A stretch of 64,000 nucleotides of DNA from Gracilinanus agilis (Eukaryota), in assembly GCF_016433145.1 (NCBI RefSeq), contig NC_058131.1, forward strand, positions 113,112,793 to 113,176,792, written 5' to 3'. How positions within the stretch are numbered: position 1 is the first letter of the stretch; every line of letters begins with the position of its first letter. The position numbers and the translations under genes were made by a program. Shown here piece by piece: positions 25,690 through 37,810 of the stretch. The notes beneath the pieces were generated by a model. That model was not told the DNA's origin and searched no databases. It was given only the letters and a program-made list of their open reading frames with translations.

Positions 25690-26810
25690 TCCATGTCCCT
25701 CTACCTGCTCACTCCCAGGGTACCATCTCTCTTTTCTGTGAAAGAAGGAAAAAAAGAGAAAAGATTCAACAAAACTAACCAATACATTGAAAACAATGAC
25801 TTTATATGTAATGTTTTACACCCATGAACCTCTCCCTCTCCACCCTCTTCAAGGGAGTAGGGGCAAGAATCTTTCTTTTTGAGAGCCAAGCTTATTTCTA
25901 CAGTTTTACGTCATTCTTTTTTATTGTTATTTGGCTATCGTGCTTTCATTTACATTACTGTAGTCACTGTATAAATTGTCATCTTTGCTTTACTTCTTCA
26001 CTTGTGTCAATTTGTATGTCTTTCCATGCTTCTTTCATGTTTCTCACAGCACAATAATAGCTTGTTGGATTCATGTACTCTAATTTGTTGGCCCTTCCCT
26101 CAAGAGATAGGCACCCACTTTGTTTCTAGTTCTTTGCTAATATGAAAAAGGACTGCTATAAATATTTTGTCAATGATTTTCAGGGGTATATGGTTAGCAG
26201 TGGCATATCTGGGTCAAAGGATATGGACATTTTAGCTACTTTATTTGCATAATTCCAAATGGCTTTCCAGAAAGGTTGTACTAATCCATAGCTCTATCAG
26301 CAATGCATTGGTGTGCCCATTTTCCATACCCATTCTAATACAAACTATTCCTATTTTTTCTCTCTTTTCCATTTTTCCTTAGATACCTACCAGAGATGTG
26401 ACCCTAAACAAGTCACTTACTTAACCTCTATCTGCCTCGGTTTCCCTCATGTGTAAAATGACAGTAATAGCACTGTTGTGAGGATCAAATGAGATATTTG
26501 TAATGCTCTCTATGAACCTTAAAGCACAACATAGGCGTTATTATTGTAATTGTTATTATTGTTGATGTTGTGAGGTGAGAATTCAGGGTTCTTTTTTTCT
26601 TTCTCTTATTATTTGTGATTTGAAACATTCTTTTTATATGTTTGTTAATAGTTTACAATTCTTTTGAGAACTGTTCCTTTATACCCCTTTACCATTTATC
26701 TATTGGTGGATAGCTTTTGTTCTTAGGTGTTTCTGTTATTTGCCTTTATATCTTTAATATCCATGCCTTATCTGAGAAATCTGGCACAAAGACATTTTTC
26801 CTAGACAACT
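25690..26810 (-). mobile_element. Old L1 ORF2 3' end and UTR, interrupted by MIR (~26375-26570)
   Basis: Antisense L1 motifs 'ctgggtcaaagg', 'ttccaaatggctttccagaaaggttgtact', 'gtttacaattcttttgagaactg'. Confidence 0.75.
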
Positions 26811-26859
26811 ACAGGAACTTACATTCATCTGGGAGAAAATAACATGTACACAGATAAAT

Positions 26860-28280
26860 CAATACAAAATACATAAAGTAAATAAATTTTGAGGAACGCT
26901 AACATCTGGAGGATTAGAAAAGACTGAATGTAGAAGGTGGTATGTGAGCTGAGCCTTGAAGGAAGCTAAGAGTTCTAAAGACAGAGGTGAAGAGAAAGTG
27001 TATTCTAGGAATGGGAGATAGGCATGGAGGAGGGAGTAGTATTTAAAGACACAACAGAAGAACTGGAATATCATGCATGGATAATATCCAGAAGGCCAGT
27101 TTGACTGGAGGGTATGGTGAGGGGTGGGGCAGAGTGTAATAGGAATAAAGTATAGAAAGATAGGAGGGAGTCAGTTTATAAAAGTCTTTAAATGCTAAAC
27201 TAAGGAATTTGTGGAGAGGCATTGAAATTTTTTGAGCAGGAGAGTAACATGCCCAGATTGTTCATGTAAATTTGGTAGTTGAGTGGAGGATAGTTCTGAG
27301 AAACAATAGACAAAATGTGAGGAAACCATGAAAGAGGCTATTATAATAGTCCAAATAAGAAGTGATGCATATAGGAGTTGGATTAGGGTATGTTATGAAA
27401 GTAGAAAATACAAGACTTGGCAACTGAATATGATGGGAGAGGGAAAGGGAAGAGTTGAAGATGACTTCAAGGATAAGAATCTGGGTAGTTGGAAGGATGT
27501 TGAGACTTTAGACAAAATAGGAATTAAGTAGAGGGATGAGTTTTTAGAGAAAGTGATTGAGTTCTGTGGGATATCCAGTTGGAAATTTCCAATAGACATT
27601 TGGTGATATAAGACTGCCGTTCAGCAGAGAAACTCAGGCTAGACATATAGGTCTTAGAGTTATGGACAAAGAAGTGATCACTGAACATATGGCAACTGAT
27701 GAAGTCACTGAGAAGATGTAAAGAGAGGGGGGAAAAAGAGGGTCTGTGGGAGAGGTGTGGTTGGGGTATGGGACATGGACAATAATCCAACAGAGAAGAC
27801 TGAGGAGTAGCCAGAGCTAAAAAGAGAAAGCACTCACACAAAAATACAAAAAGGAAATGGTATCTAGGAGAGGAAGATGATGAACAGTGTTAGATGCTGT
27901 CAAAGAAAATCAAGGAAAATGAGGATAGAGAAAAGGGCATTGGACTCAAACAACGAAGAGTTCATTGGTGCCTCTGGAGAGAGCAATTTCAGTTGAATGA
28001 TCATAAGCTGATTGGAAGAGATTAAGTGATGGCATGAAATAGAAGCAGTAAGTGTAGATGGTGTTTTTGAAAATATTTTTAAATTTTGACTATGAAAGGA
28101 AAGAGAATTTGAGGGGTTAATAGGGTCAAATGAAAGTTGTTTTTTTTTAAAGGACAAAGGAAACCGAAGCTGTAGGCTATAGGGAAAGAGTCAGACATAT
28201 ATAGTTTAAGATGGACAAGGAAGGGAGTACTTGAGGGAGCAATTTGCCAAAGAAGTCAGAAAAGGATGGGATCAGTTACA
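26860..28280 (-). mobile_element. L2 LINE
   Basis: L2 body motifs; minus ORF fragments 27524-27841 and 27900-28157 are decayed L2 ORF2. Confidence 0.8.
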
Positions 28281-29522
28281 CAAATAGAGGTGCTCTTCTA
28301 CCTATCTCTTCCTCTCAAAACACATATTTGGGACCTGCTGTTCAGCTCTGTGTTTCACAAATCTCTTCCTATCTTCCTGGATAGGTTGGTTGCCTTCCCC
28401 AAGCTTTTATTTTTGACTCTGGTATTCTGTTTACTCTTTTGCATTAATACTTAAATCACTTTCGCCCTCCTTCTTATCCCCACTAGAGGCAAAATCTCAG
28501 GTAGCAAATGTGAATAAAGGATCTGAGAAATTGTTTTGTTCTGCTAGAGAAAAGAAGGAGAGGATACAAAATGACTGAGGAAATCCATGTGAGTGAGCTC
28601 AGATGACAGAGAAGTATGGAGGAGGAAAGGAAGAATGGTAGAGTGGAGAAAAAGCCAAATTTAATTTAAAATATAATAATGGATTTGTTATATTTATGAC
28701 AAGGTTCTAAGTGTTGGAGATATAGATGAAAATTGACCCAGTCTGTGTCTCAAAGATCTCACATTCTAATAGGAAGGATGCTATGTATACACAAATGCAT
28801 ATACAAAGTAGAATATGATGAAAACAAAGAAGAGAGACAACTAAAGTAATCCAGACTCTAAAATCATAGGATCAGAGTAAAATTAATTCTATGTTTGTTA
28901 AAGAATCTGTTTTGTAGAAGATGTGCTAAGTGCTGAGGTGTGAAAACAAAATATAACCACTTTTGCCCATAAAGAGTTATATTCTACTGGTGAGCAGTGG
29001 AGGAAAGCTATGACAAATACACAGATATGAAGTACAGCAAGATGGGAGAGAAGGAAAAATCTAGACAAAAGGCACTATTAAATTTGAGAAGGGAAAGGGC
29101 TCTTTCAGCTAAGGGAAATGAAAAGAGGTGTCACAGAAGGGGCACCTTGAGCTGTGCTTTGGACAGAGGAAAATGAGAGGAGAGTATTTTCCAGGCATGA
29201 GGCTGGTGTGTCCAAAAGTCCATAGGAAAAGAATGGAATAATGAATTCACTGGTTCCATAGCTTCCCTCCTTGGTCTTATTGAGATAGTAAGGAAGATTC
29301 TGAACTTTGGAACACAATCTTTAGGAAAGTTTCCTGCAATATGGTACTGTCCCTGCTATAACTTCAGACCACATATCAGAGATTTAATTTTGAAAGGGAC
29401 CTCGGAAACCATCTAATACAACTTCCTTGTTTTACAGGATGAGGCAACCAAGGCCCAAAGAGATTACATGATTTGCCCAAGGTCACAAAGATGTTTAGTG
29501 ACTAAGGTGGATTCCTTAAGAC

Positions 29523-29570
29523 AAAACAAAACAAAACAAAACTAGACAACAACAACAAAAACAACAAACA
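29523..29570. repeat. (AAAAC)n/(AAC)n tract
   Basis: Seen directly. Confidence 0.8.
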
Positions 29571-29748
29571 CTTTGCTATGAGGTATATAAGGGGCCAGAC
29601 TTAAAAACCCAGATCTTCTTGGCCCTAAAGCCAGCCTTTCTCTCTCCTGTTTCTCATGTGTACATAGATTGTCTCTATTTTACATGGGAAAACTGAGGCA
29701 CAGAAATGTGAGATGATTTGTCCTATGTTATATCCTGGTTAAAGGCAA

Positions 29749-30622
29749 TGTAATAGGGAAATTATATAGAGAAGTATAAGATGGGAAGTTGGCTTTAAGA
29801 AAGTGGCATTGGCACATACCAAGAACTTTGAAAAAGTATTCTAGAAGCCAGGGGGTAGAGAAAGAAGGGTTAACAGATAGGCAATGGTCACTCGGTTCTT
29901 GGTCTTGGTCTTAGACTGCCACTTTGATCTTGGTCCTACCCAAGCAGAGGGAGGAAGAGCTCCTTCTAGGAGACTTTCCTATCTCAAGTCTTTGGAGAAC
30001 AAAGGACAACCCTTCAGTCCTTCCCTGTGGTTCCTGATCAGCTGGAGAGCAGTTTGGGGTAGATCTGGTTATCTCTGCTGTCTGTGAGTGTGTGCCAACT
30101 TCCCTGGGCTTTATTCTAAATTAGGATGGGCTTTGGGGTCCAACCCCGGGTCAAACCCTGCTGAGTGAGTACTATCATTCTGAGCCACTGTTACCAAACC
30201 CTTGAAACCAACTTTTGAGAGTAAAAAGGAGGATTTTTAGCCAGGCAGATCTTAGACAGACTTTTGGGCGATTTAGTTAGATCAGGAAGTGTCAGGGAGC
30301 CTCAAGAAACTGAAGAATTTGCCTTGTGACAAATATAGGAAGGTGGGTGAGAAAATAGAAAAATTAGAAGTAGGACCCCTCTTTTCCTAATCCTCACCTT
30401 CTAATTTAATTTTAATTAGAGAGATATTTTTTGTTTATCTAAATATCTCATTGGTTTCAGGGCCTTTTGCACTACTGGCTCAGTGAGGGAAAGCGGACAC
30501 CTGCCTCCCTTTCACTAGTAACAGCCAAGATATCCAGAAATTACAACTGGGTATCTAGACAGTTCCCTAGGCTAAATTAACATCTACCTACCTTGGTCCC
30601 CTTTTACTAACCTGTTTATTCA
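29749..30622 (-). mobile_element. LTR-like insertion splitting a MIR
   Basis: TG...CA termini, MIR sequence resumes at 30623, imperfect 4-bp TSD gcaa/gcag, minus-strand AATAAA near 30110. Confidence 0.5.
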
Positions 30623-30689
30623 GCAGAGCCAGATCTTTTGAGTGTGAATCCAATATTCTTTGCTATCCCAGAAATATTCAAGGAAACAG

Positions 30690-31070
30690 AACAATGGAGA
30701 CAGTCAGGAAGACCCTGACTAAGGTGAACTTCTCCCATAGCTCCTCATGGGGAAAGGCCAGAATGAGGGGAATCTCATGTCAGCAGAGTAGAGCATGGGC
30801 TTTATAGGCGATGGGTGTACCAATGAACTGGGAAGCCCATGTTCTGACAATGCTAAGTGCCTTGGCAAAGCACAAAGAAAACTTGGTTGCTGGGGCCCTA
30901 TCAGTGAAAAAATATATAATAGCTAATCCTCAGGGTTCATTCTTTCTGTTCTAACTTTAACTAAAGAAAAAAGTTTAGCCCTATTAAAACTATTATCTGT
31001 TCCTAAATTGCATCGTATATAAAATGTAAATGTGATCACACCACACTTAAATTATTATAACAATGCACCA
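30690..31070 (-). mobile_element. LTR-like fragment
   Basis: Minus-strand TATA-like 'cctataaagccc' near 30800 and LTR-like composition; termini not resolved. Confidence 0.35.
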
Positions 31071-31086
31071 TTCTGTTTTCCTCCCC

Positions 31087-31442
31087 NNNNNNNNNNNNNN
31101 NNNNNNNNNNNNNNNNNNNNNNNNNNNNNNNNNNNNNNNNNNNNNNNNNNNNNNNNNNNNNNNNNNNNNNNNNNNNNNNNNNNNNNNNNNNNNNNNNNNN
31201 NNNNNNNNNNNNNNNNNNNNNNNNNNNNNNNNNNNNNNNNNNNNNNNNNNNNNNNNNNNNNNNNNNNNNNNNNNNNNNNNNNNNNNNNNNNNNNNNNNNN
31301 NNNNNNNNNNNNNNNNNNNNNNNNNNNNNNNNNNNNNNNNNNNNNNNNNNNNNNNNNNNNNNNNNNNNNNNNNNNNNNNNNNNNNNNNNNNNNNNNNNNN
31401 NNNNNNNNNNNNNNNNNNNNNNNNNNNNNNNNNNNNNNNNNN
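31087..31442. other. N run
   Basis: 356 N. Confidence 1.
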
Positions 31443-32674
31443 ATCACAGCCAGCTAACTGCTAGAAAACATTATGACCATCATTAATAACAGTTCATTTA
31501 TGTTTAGCTACAGTATCCGGCCTGACGTGCTCATCCGAGGAGATGGGGCTGCGGGAACCTGCATGAAGACTGTGTTCTAGAAAGCCCCTCTAGAGCCTTC
31601 TTGTGAAATGGGGGAGGCAGCAAGGCTTTCTGTCTGTCTTTTATACTGGGAGAAGGACTTTAGATCTATGGGATCCAGCATGCCAGTCGAAGGTCCAAAA
31701 GTGGCTTTTGTTGCCAAGCCTGCAAGGACCCAAAGGTTCCCAGAGGAGGAAGAGGGAAAAATTGGAGTGAGGTTTTGTGTAGGGCTCCACTGCTGTGGCC
31801 GGGGAAGCCCGAAGGATTAGAAATGAACTGGTGTAATAGCAGGACATTAAAGGTAACCGAGGCAAGTTACCAAGGAGGTTTTCTGCCGAGGTCCAGTGTG
31901 GAGACTGACACAGAAAGCTTAAGGTAGCTGGAAATTTCCTCTGCCACAAAGCCTGCCCCAATATTCAAGACATAAACATCATGGAGGAGGATGTGATATA
32001 CAAACGATCCAGAGAATGCCTGTCTGCAGCGTCCTGTTTGGTACTCACCGTGCCTCCCACCCCAGTCTTAGGAAATAAATGTAGTTTTGTGAGAAGCTGG
32101 TGCCTGAAAAAAATACAAGCCAACTTTGTCATTAAAAAGCGTTTCTTTCTTCTGAGTATGTGGATGTCTTCATGCAGAGGAATTAATTCTAATGGAAATT
32201 ATTCACAAGTTGAGAAGTTGGTTTAACCCTGAACTTATAACATCCGTCATGATAAGTGGCATGCTAAGTGTATTTTGAGGATAGGAATAGAGAGGGAGAA
32301 AGACGGAGAATCGTAGAAGAGACAGCAGCATGGAAATATTTTAAGAAAAAAACAAACCACCTTGTCCTTCTCAACACAGGCTACTGTTAACCCAATCTTG
32401 TCCCAATGGGTTTCTGGATGCAAGACAAGATATAGAGGTAACATATTACAGGGGAAACAATCAGAGATTTGAATTTAGAGAAGACAGGTTCAGATCCCAT
32501 CTCTGAAACTTGCTAGCTGAAGTGTCTGAGGGATTAGATGACACAGTGACTAGAATGTTAGAACTAGAATTTGGGAAGACCTGAGTTCAAATCCAGCCTG
32601 AGACATTTACTAGCCTTATGAAGCTGAACAATTCAGTTTACCACTACCACTCCCTGCCTCAGTTTCCTATACTT

Positions 32675-32950
32675 CTCTGGTACTATTATTCCAGGGGTAT
32701 ACATCTCTGGATTTCAAGGTCCAACATGTTCTATCAAAAGAACCCACTCCAGAGATATTATCACAGGTATTATTCTGGAAATACATGGTACCAGAGGAGA
32801 TCTCTGGTACAATTATTCTGGAGATATTTAGTACTATTATTCTAGAAATATATAGTACTAGAAGATTTCTCTGGTACCATTATTCTGGAGACATATAGTG
32901 CTGAGGATATCTGTGATGCTATTATTCTAGAGATATTTTCTCTGGATATT
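32675..32950. repeat. Degenerate minisatellite (~35-42 bp unit, core TCTCTGGTACTATTATTCTGGAGAT)
   Basis: About six recurrences of tattattct(g/a)ga and four to five of tctctggtac. Confidence 0.75.
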
Positions 32951-32951
32951 C

Positions 32952-33050
32952 TTTCTTTTTTTTAATTTCTTTTTAAATTTTTTTTCATGGTTACATGATT
33001 CATGTTTTCTCCCTCCCCAATTCCAGTTTGACAAGCAATTCCACTGGATT
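32952..33050 (-). mobile_element. L1 3' tail fragment
   Basis: T-rich start then 'catggttacatgattcatgttttctccctcc..ttgacaagcaattccactgg'; a similar fragment lies at 37570-37675. Confidence 0.7.
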
Positions 33051-33051
33051 A

Positions 33052-33079
33052 TACATATATGTATGTATGTGTATATATA

Positions 33080-33115
<36 letters not shown>
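33052..33115. repeat. (AT)n microsatellite
   Basis: Seen directly. Confidence 0.95.
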
Positions 33116-35519
33116 GCACCTTAACACAATTTATACACATTTTATAAGGTCCCTATAGATGGAGAAGACTGAATCTACTTTCCTCTCCCATCTTTCGATA
33201 CCACCACAGAAGTAATATCCTCTCTTCTGCCACTCCACTCCCTTAACATCTACCCTATGGTAGTGACCAATCCCTTGGAGTTACATTCACACATAGAGAG
33301 CCTGTCTTGTCCAGAACTATGAACCTGCTTCTATAACATTCTTCTCCTCTTAGGGCATGTTTATTGCCCTCATGCCGTCAGGGGTTTGGAACACTGTGGG
33401 GCTGAGTGACTACAAGGCTATTTAGGAGCCCCAGAGCTGATATGGGTCCATTTGGAGGTTGAGAGACTGTATTTGGGAGTACAGTGGTGACCTGGTTGCT
33501 AGCACCCCCAATTTGCAGCATATATCAGCAGGGTGCAAGCTGTGATGAAAAGGCTGTAAGATCAGATTCTGTCTCACACAGTGCATCTGAACCACTGGTT
33601 TCTTGAGCTCCTCTTGATTTCTGTTTTGGGAAGAAATTACCCTAAGGGGAGAGGGGAGAGGAGAGAGGAGAGAAAAGACAAAAGACAAAGTGTCATCACA
33701 CTAGCTGTCCTCCCATTCCCCAAGGCTGTCCACTGAGCCCCTTTCAAGGCCTTATTCCTTAGCATCCCCCCCAAACTTACCTATTTCCCTAGAGCCTCCC
33801 TGAAGGCTAACATCTGATAAACTAATTCCTGTAGGGATATTAATAACTGATAATGGCTTGATATCTGCCTCCTCACAGGTAACATTTGCATTTTAACCAG
33901 CTGAAGAGGCTAGGCCATTTCTGTGAAATTGTTCACTGATGGGAATAGAAACCATATTAATAGATCAAGTTCTGAGCCCCTTTGAGGGAGGTTCAGATGC
34001 CTGCATTATATCTACATGCCCTTTGGGGTGTGTATTTATATAAAGGCATTGGTCAGGTAAATATGCAAAGAGGATTCTACATTTGAATCATGAAGTGGAC
34101 TTAGAAAAGTCTAGAATGTAAGATTGGTGTATTTATCTATTTCCCTTCACCCCACCCAACTAAAAGAGTGGGGAAAAAAAAGAAGCCTCTCCATGATTTG
34201 CATATGCACGATCCAATTTGCATTCACAATTATATGACCTAGATTTACATCTTCTGACTCTGATTTTGAGCACCACGTTCCTGAAACAGCTGCTGTGGAG
34301 CTGAAGATTCTGACCTTATTTGTTATTTACATCTACCCACCCCCAAGAGCTTCCCATGACCTCCGAGTGGGTTATTTTGATGGAAGATGTCAGGCCTGGA
34401 AATCCTGAGCTTTGCTTAGAAGACGAGTATTGAAATTTAGGGAGCCTTCTGGGAGGGCACAGGAGACAGACTATGACTTACCATTGTATTATTCCATAAT
34501 TTTCTCACTTTAAATTCCATTCATTTTCATCCAGCAGAAACCTGCACTGGAAACTGGGGTGAAGGGATGGATCACTAGTTCTGGACCCCAAAGGGAAAAT
34601 TTCAACAAGTTTCTGGTGTGTGCAAGGCACTGGAAATTGAGTATGTGTCAACACAGATTTAATTAACTCATGACCAAGACCTATTGGAAATGATCCCAGA
34701 AAGTTAGGACAAAGGAGAAGGTGTTAATTTCTCAGCAAGAGAAAAACTGTCATTTAACTGTATTGGATTATGTCACCCAGCCTGTGACAGCAGTAGTGAA
34801 TTTTCAGATGATCCATTTCAGGTGGGCTGAAGACAGTAGAGTGAAGCCTCAAAAAGTCACTTCCAGCAAGTAGGGCAAGGAATAAAAGCTGAGAGCCAGA
34901 AAGCTGGCATCATAAATCTCACCCAATCAGTCAATCGCTCAGTATTTGCTGAGTGACTACTATTTACATTTTACTGGGAATTCTAGAGGGGAGAAGTAGA
35001 AAACATTGTCCTAGACATTATTTTAGGATTTTACAATCTAGCTGGAGGAGGTATCGCCTCCTGTGATGGTGGTATGATGGACAGAATACTGGATTCAAAG
35101 TCAAGGACTGGGTTTGAATCCTGATTATCCCAGTTACTATCTGAGTGACCTTGGAGGAGTCACAGCTTCTCTGGGCTTCAGAGTCTTGGACCAGATGATG
35201 GTGGAAATTCTTTCTAGCTCCCTGCAATATTTCTCTCTAGCTGTCCCATTGGCACTTCAAAAATCAGCCTGAAAAAGAAGGAACTCATTTCCCCCCAAGC
35301 ACTGCCCCCCACCATTTCTAACAAAGAATTAATTATTCAGGTTTTCTTTTTGTTTGTTTTTGGACTAGACTTGTAGTTTCATCAGTGTCGGGAATCCCTA
35401 TTAAGGGAATTTCCTCTATCAGAGTAAGTAGGCACCTACTCTGTAGCTAATAGTTTCCTGGGGCACCAAAAGGTTAAGGAATTTGTCCAGGGTTATATCT
35501 ACAAATTAATTTATCTTGT

Positions 35520-36720
35520 AATACATCTAATTTCATTTCAGTGAGCATTTATTAAACACCCTCCAACAAAACCTTGATGTTTTTACTTTTACTTGTCCTT
35601 TATTCCCTCTACCCAAATAATTCTCAAGTCCTATGGACCCGACTTTCTAAATATCTCTTGAATCTATTCTGTTCTCTCTCTCATAGTAGAAGCTCTCATC
35701 ATTCACTTGCTGTTCAGTTGTTTTTCAGTCATGTTCAACTTTTGGTGATCTCATTTGGAGTTTTCTTGGCAAAGATCCTGGAATAGTTTGCCATTTCCTT
35801 GTCTGGCTCATTTTACAGATGAGGAAGCTGAGGCAAACAGTGAAGTAACTTGCTCAGGATCACACAAGTAGCAAGTATCTAAATCCAGATTTGAAATCAA
35901 GTCTTCCTTATTCCAAGTCCATCTCTGCACCACCTAGCTGTACTCACTTAGATTATTACGATAACCTTCTAGGTGATTCCTTGCTTCCACTCTCCCTCTT
36001 CCAATCCATCTTTCACATGCTGCCCTTCTTGTATATAGCTTTGCACCCAGCCCTGAAATGGCTTTTTGCCAAAGTTCAGACTCCTTTATTTCCAGTATCC
36101 TAGATCTCCCACAATCTTGTCCTATCCTGACCTTTTTAGCATTATCTTTTAGCCCTAAGTAGTGGGAGTGGATCCCAATAAAATCAGAGCCATCAAGCTA
36201 GCTAGAGAACGTATGTTCTCACCTGAAGCACCTACGTTCTTGGCTATTCTTGACACACCCACTGAAGCAAATAGTTCCCTGAGAATTTAGGCTAGGTAGT
36301 TACATATTTACCTGTGACTTATCCTATAGAAAACTCTGTCTAAGCTTCAGTGAGGTAAACTAAGTCATTGTACTAAGTGTGTAAATCACTACTAACCATT
36401 GTCTAAGTAAAAAGCTTACCTAATCTCCTAGCCAACTCCATTTTCTCTATAAAATACTAGCTGTAATCAATAAATATCGCCTACCAGCTTCAGTAGCCTT
36501 CTTGACATGTGTCATCCTTCTCACCATGTCTCATTCTCCTCACCCCTTTGGAGCCCCCCAATGTTTGTCAGTATCACCTGACATCTCACTCTACTTAGTT
36601 TTATCTTCCAACCAATCTGGACTCGTCATGCCTCATACATGCCATATGCTGACCTGCTTCTGGGCTCTACCAAAGAAACTATGGCCTCTATGCCACTGAT
36701 ATGTATCAGTCAATATGCAT
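35520..36720 (+). mobile_element. L2 LINE interrupted by MAR1-type SINE and LTR
   Basis: Pyrimidine-rich L2 body motifs collinear across the inserts. Confidence 0.6.
36158..36583 (+). mobile_element. Solo LTR
   Basis: TATA 'ctataaaata' (~36448), AATAAA (~36470), CA terminus; inserted in L2; no clear TSD. Confidence 0.6.
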
Positions 36721-36739
36721 TTGAAGATGAAGAGCTTGG

Positions 36740-36935
36740 TGGGGCAGGGCAGGGAGTGTGCACAGCTAGGTGACTTATTGGCAGAAAACCTTTCAAATAT
36801 GACTTCAGATTTTTCCTGAAACTGTGACCTTGGGCAAGTCATTTAATACCAAATGCCTAGCCCTTCTGTTCTTCTGCCTTGGAACCAATACTTAGTATTG
36901 ATTCTAAGACAGAAGGTAATGGTTGTTTTTTTAAA
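36740..36935 (+). mobile_element. SINE1_Mdo-type SINE (older copy)
   Basis: Tail 'ttggaaccaatacttagtattgattctaagacagaagg'. Confidence 0.8.
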
Positions 36936-37239
36936 AGAGCTTACTAGGTGCTACACTAAACACCAGTGCCCTAAAGGCAAAAAACAGTCTCTGCCCTCAA
37001 GTAGTAGCATTCTAATTCAGAAAACAACAAACAAAAAATTGTACATATAGAATTCCTATAGTGTAAATGGCAGGCAATCTTAGAAGGAAAACCCTAGCAG
37101 TGAAAAAGAGGAAGGGAAGAGCAAGGAAGCCAATGATGATGAAACTACTTTCTGATAAAGAGAGCAGAACTTAAAAAACTATGTTTTCCTTAAGCTCTTC
37201 CTCTGACTCTGTTACTATGTTTTTATATTAGGTGAATCC

Positions 37240-37810
37240 AGACATTGCTTTTGGTCCTTTGTTCTGACACTGATAGGAAAACTACTGGAAAATTAGACAG
37301 CATCCAGAAGAGGACAACTAAGCTGATGAAGGACCCCACCCAGATCACTCCATGGAAGGGCAGGATGAAGAAACTTGGAATTTTTAGCTTAGAGAAGAGA
37401 AGCTATAGTGGGAAATGAGAGCCATTTGTGGCTATCTGAAGAGCTGTCATATGGAAGAAATTTTTATCTTTGACTCTGCTCAGGTATGGAGGTAAAAATA
37501 ACAGAAAATGAGAAGAAATTAGAAAGAGGTAAAATTAGGCTTGAAGGTGTGAGGACTTTCAGGAAGCCTTTTTTTATCATAGTTACATGTTTCATGTTTT
37601 CTCCTTCCCCTCATCCCTCTCCCCTCCCAGGACTGACAAGCAATTCCACTGAGTTATATATATTATCACTTGAATTATGAGAAGACTTTAACCAAAGACT
37701 GAATGACCATTGTGTGGGTATGTAGTGAAGGGGACTCTTTTTCAGGCGTGGATTGGACTAGATGGCTACATAAGTCCACTCCATCTTTGATGTTCTGTGA
37801 TTCTATATTG
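37240..37810 (+). mobile_element. L3/CR1 3' end interrupted by L1 tail
   Basis: Translates SIQKRTTKLMK...RMKKLGIFSLEKR; CR1 terminal 'ttctgtgattctat'. Confidence 0.8.

Noticed and set aside
32675-32950. Repeat array superficially like CRISPR
   Set aside because: Mammalian DNA, degenerate units, no unique equal-length spacers and no cas genes.
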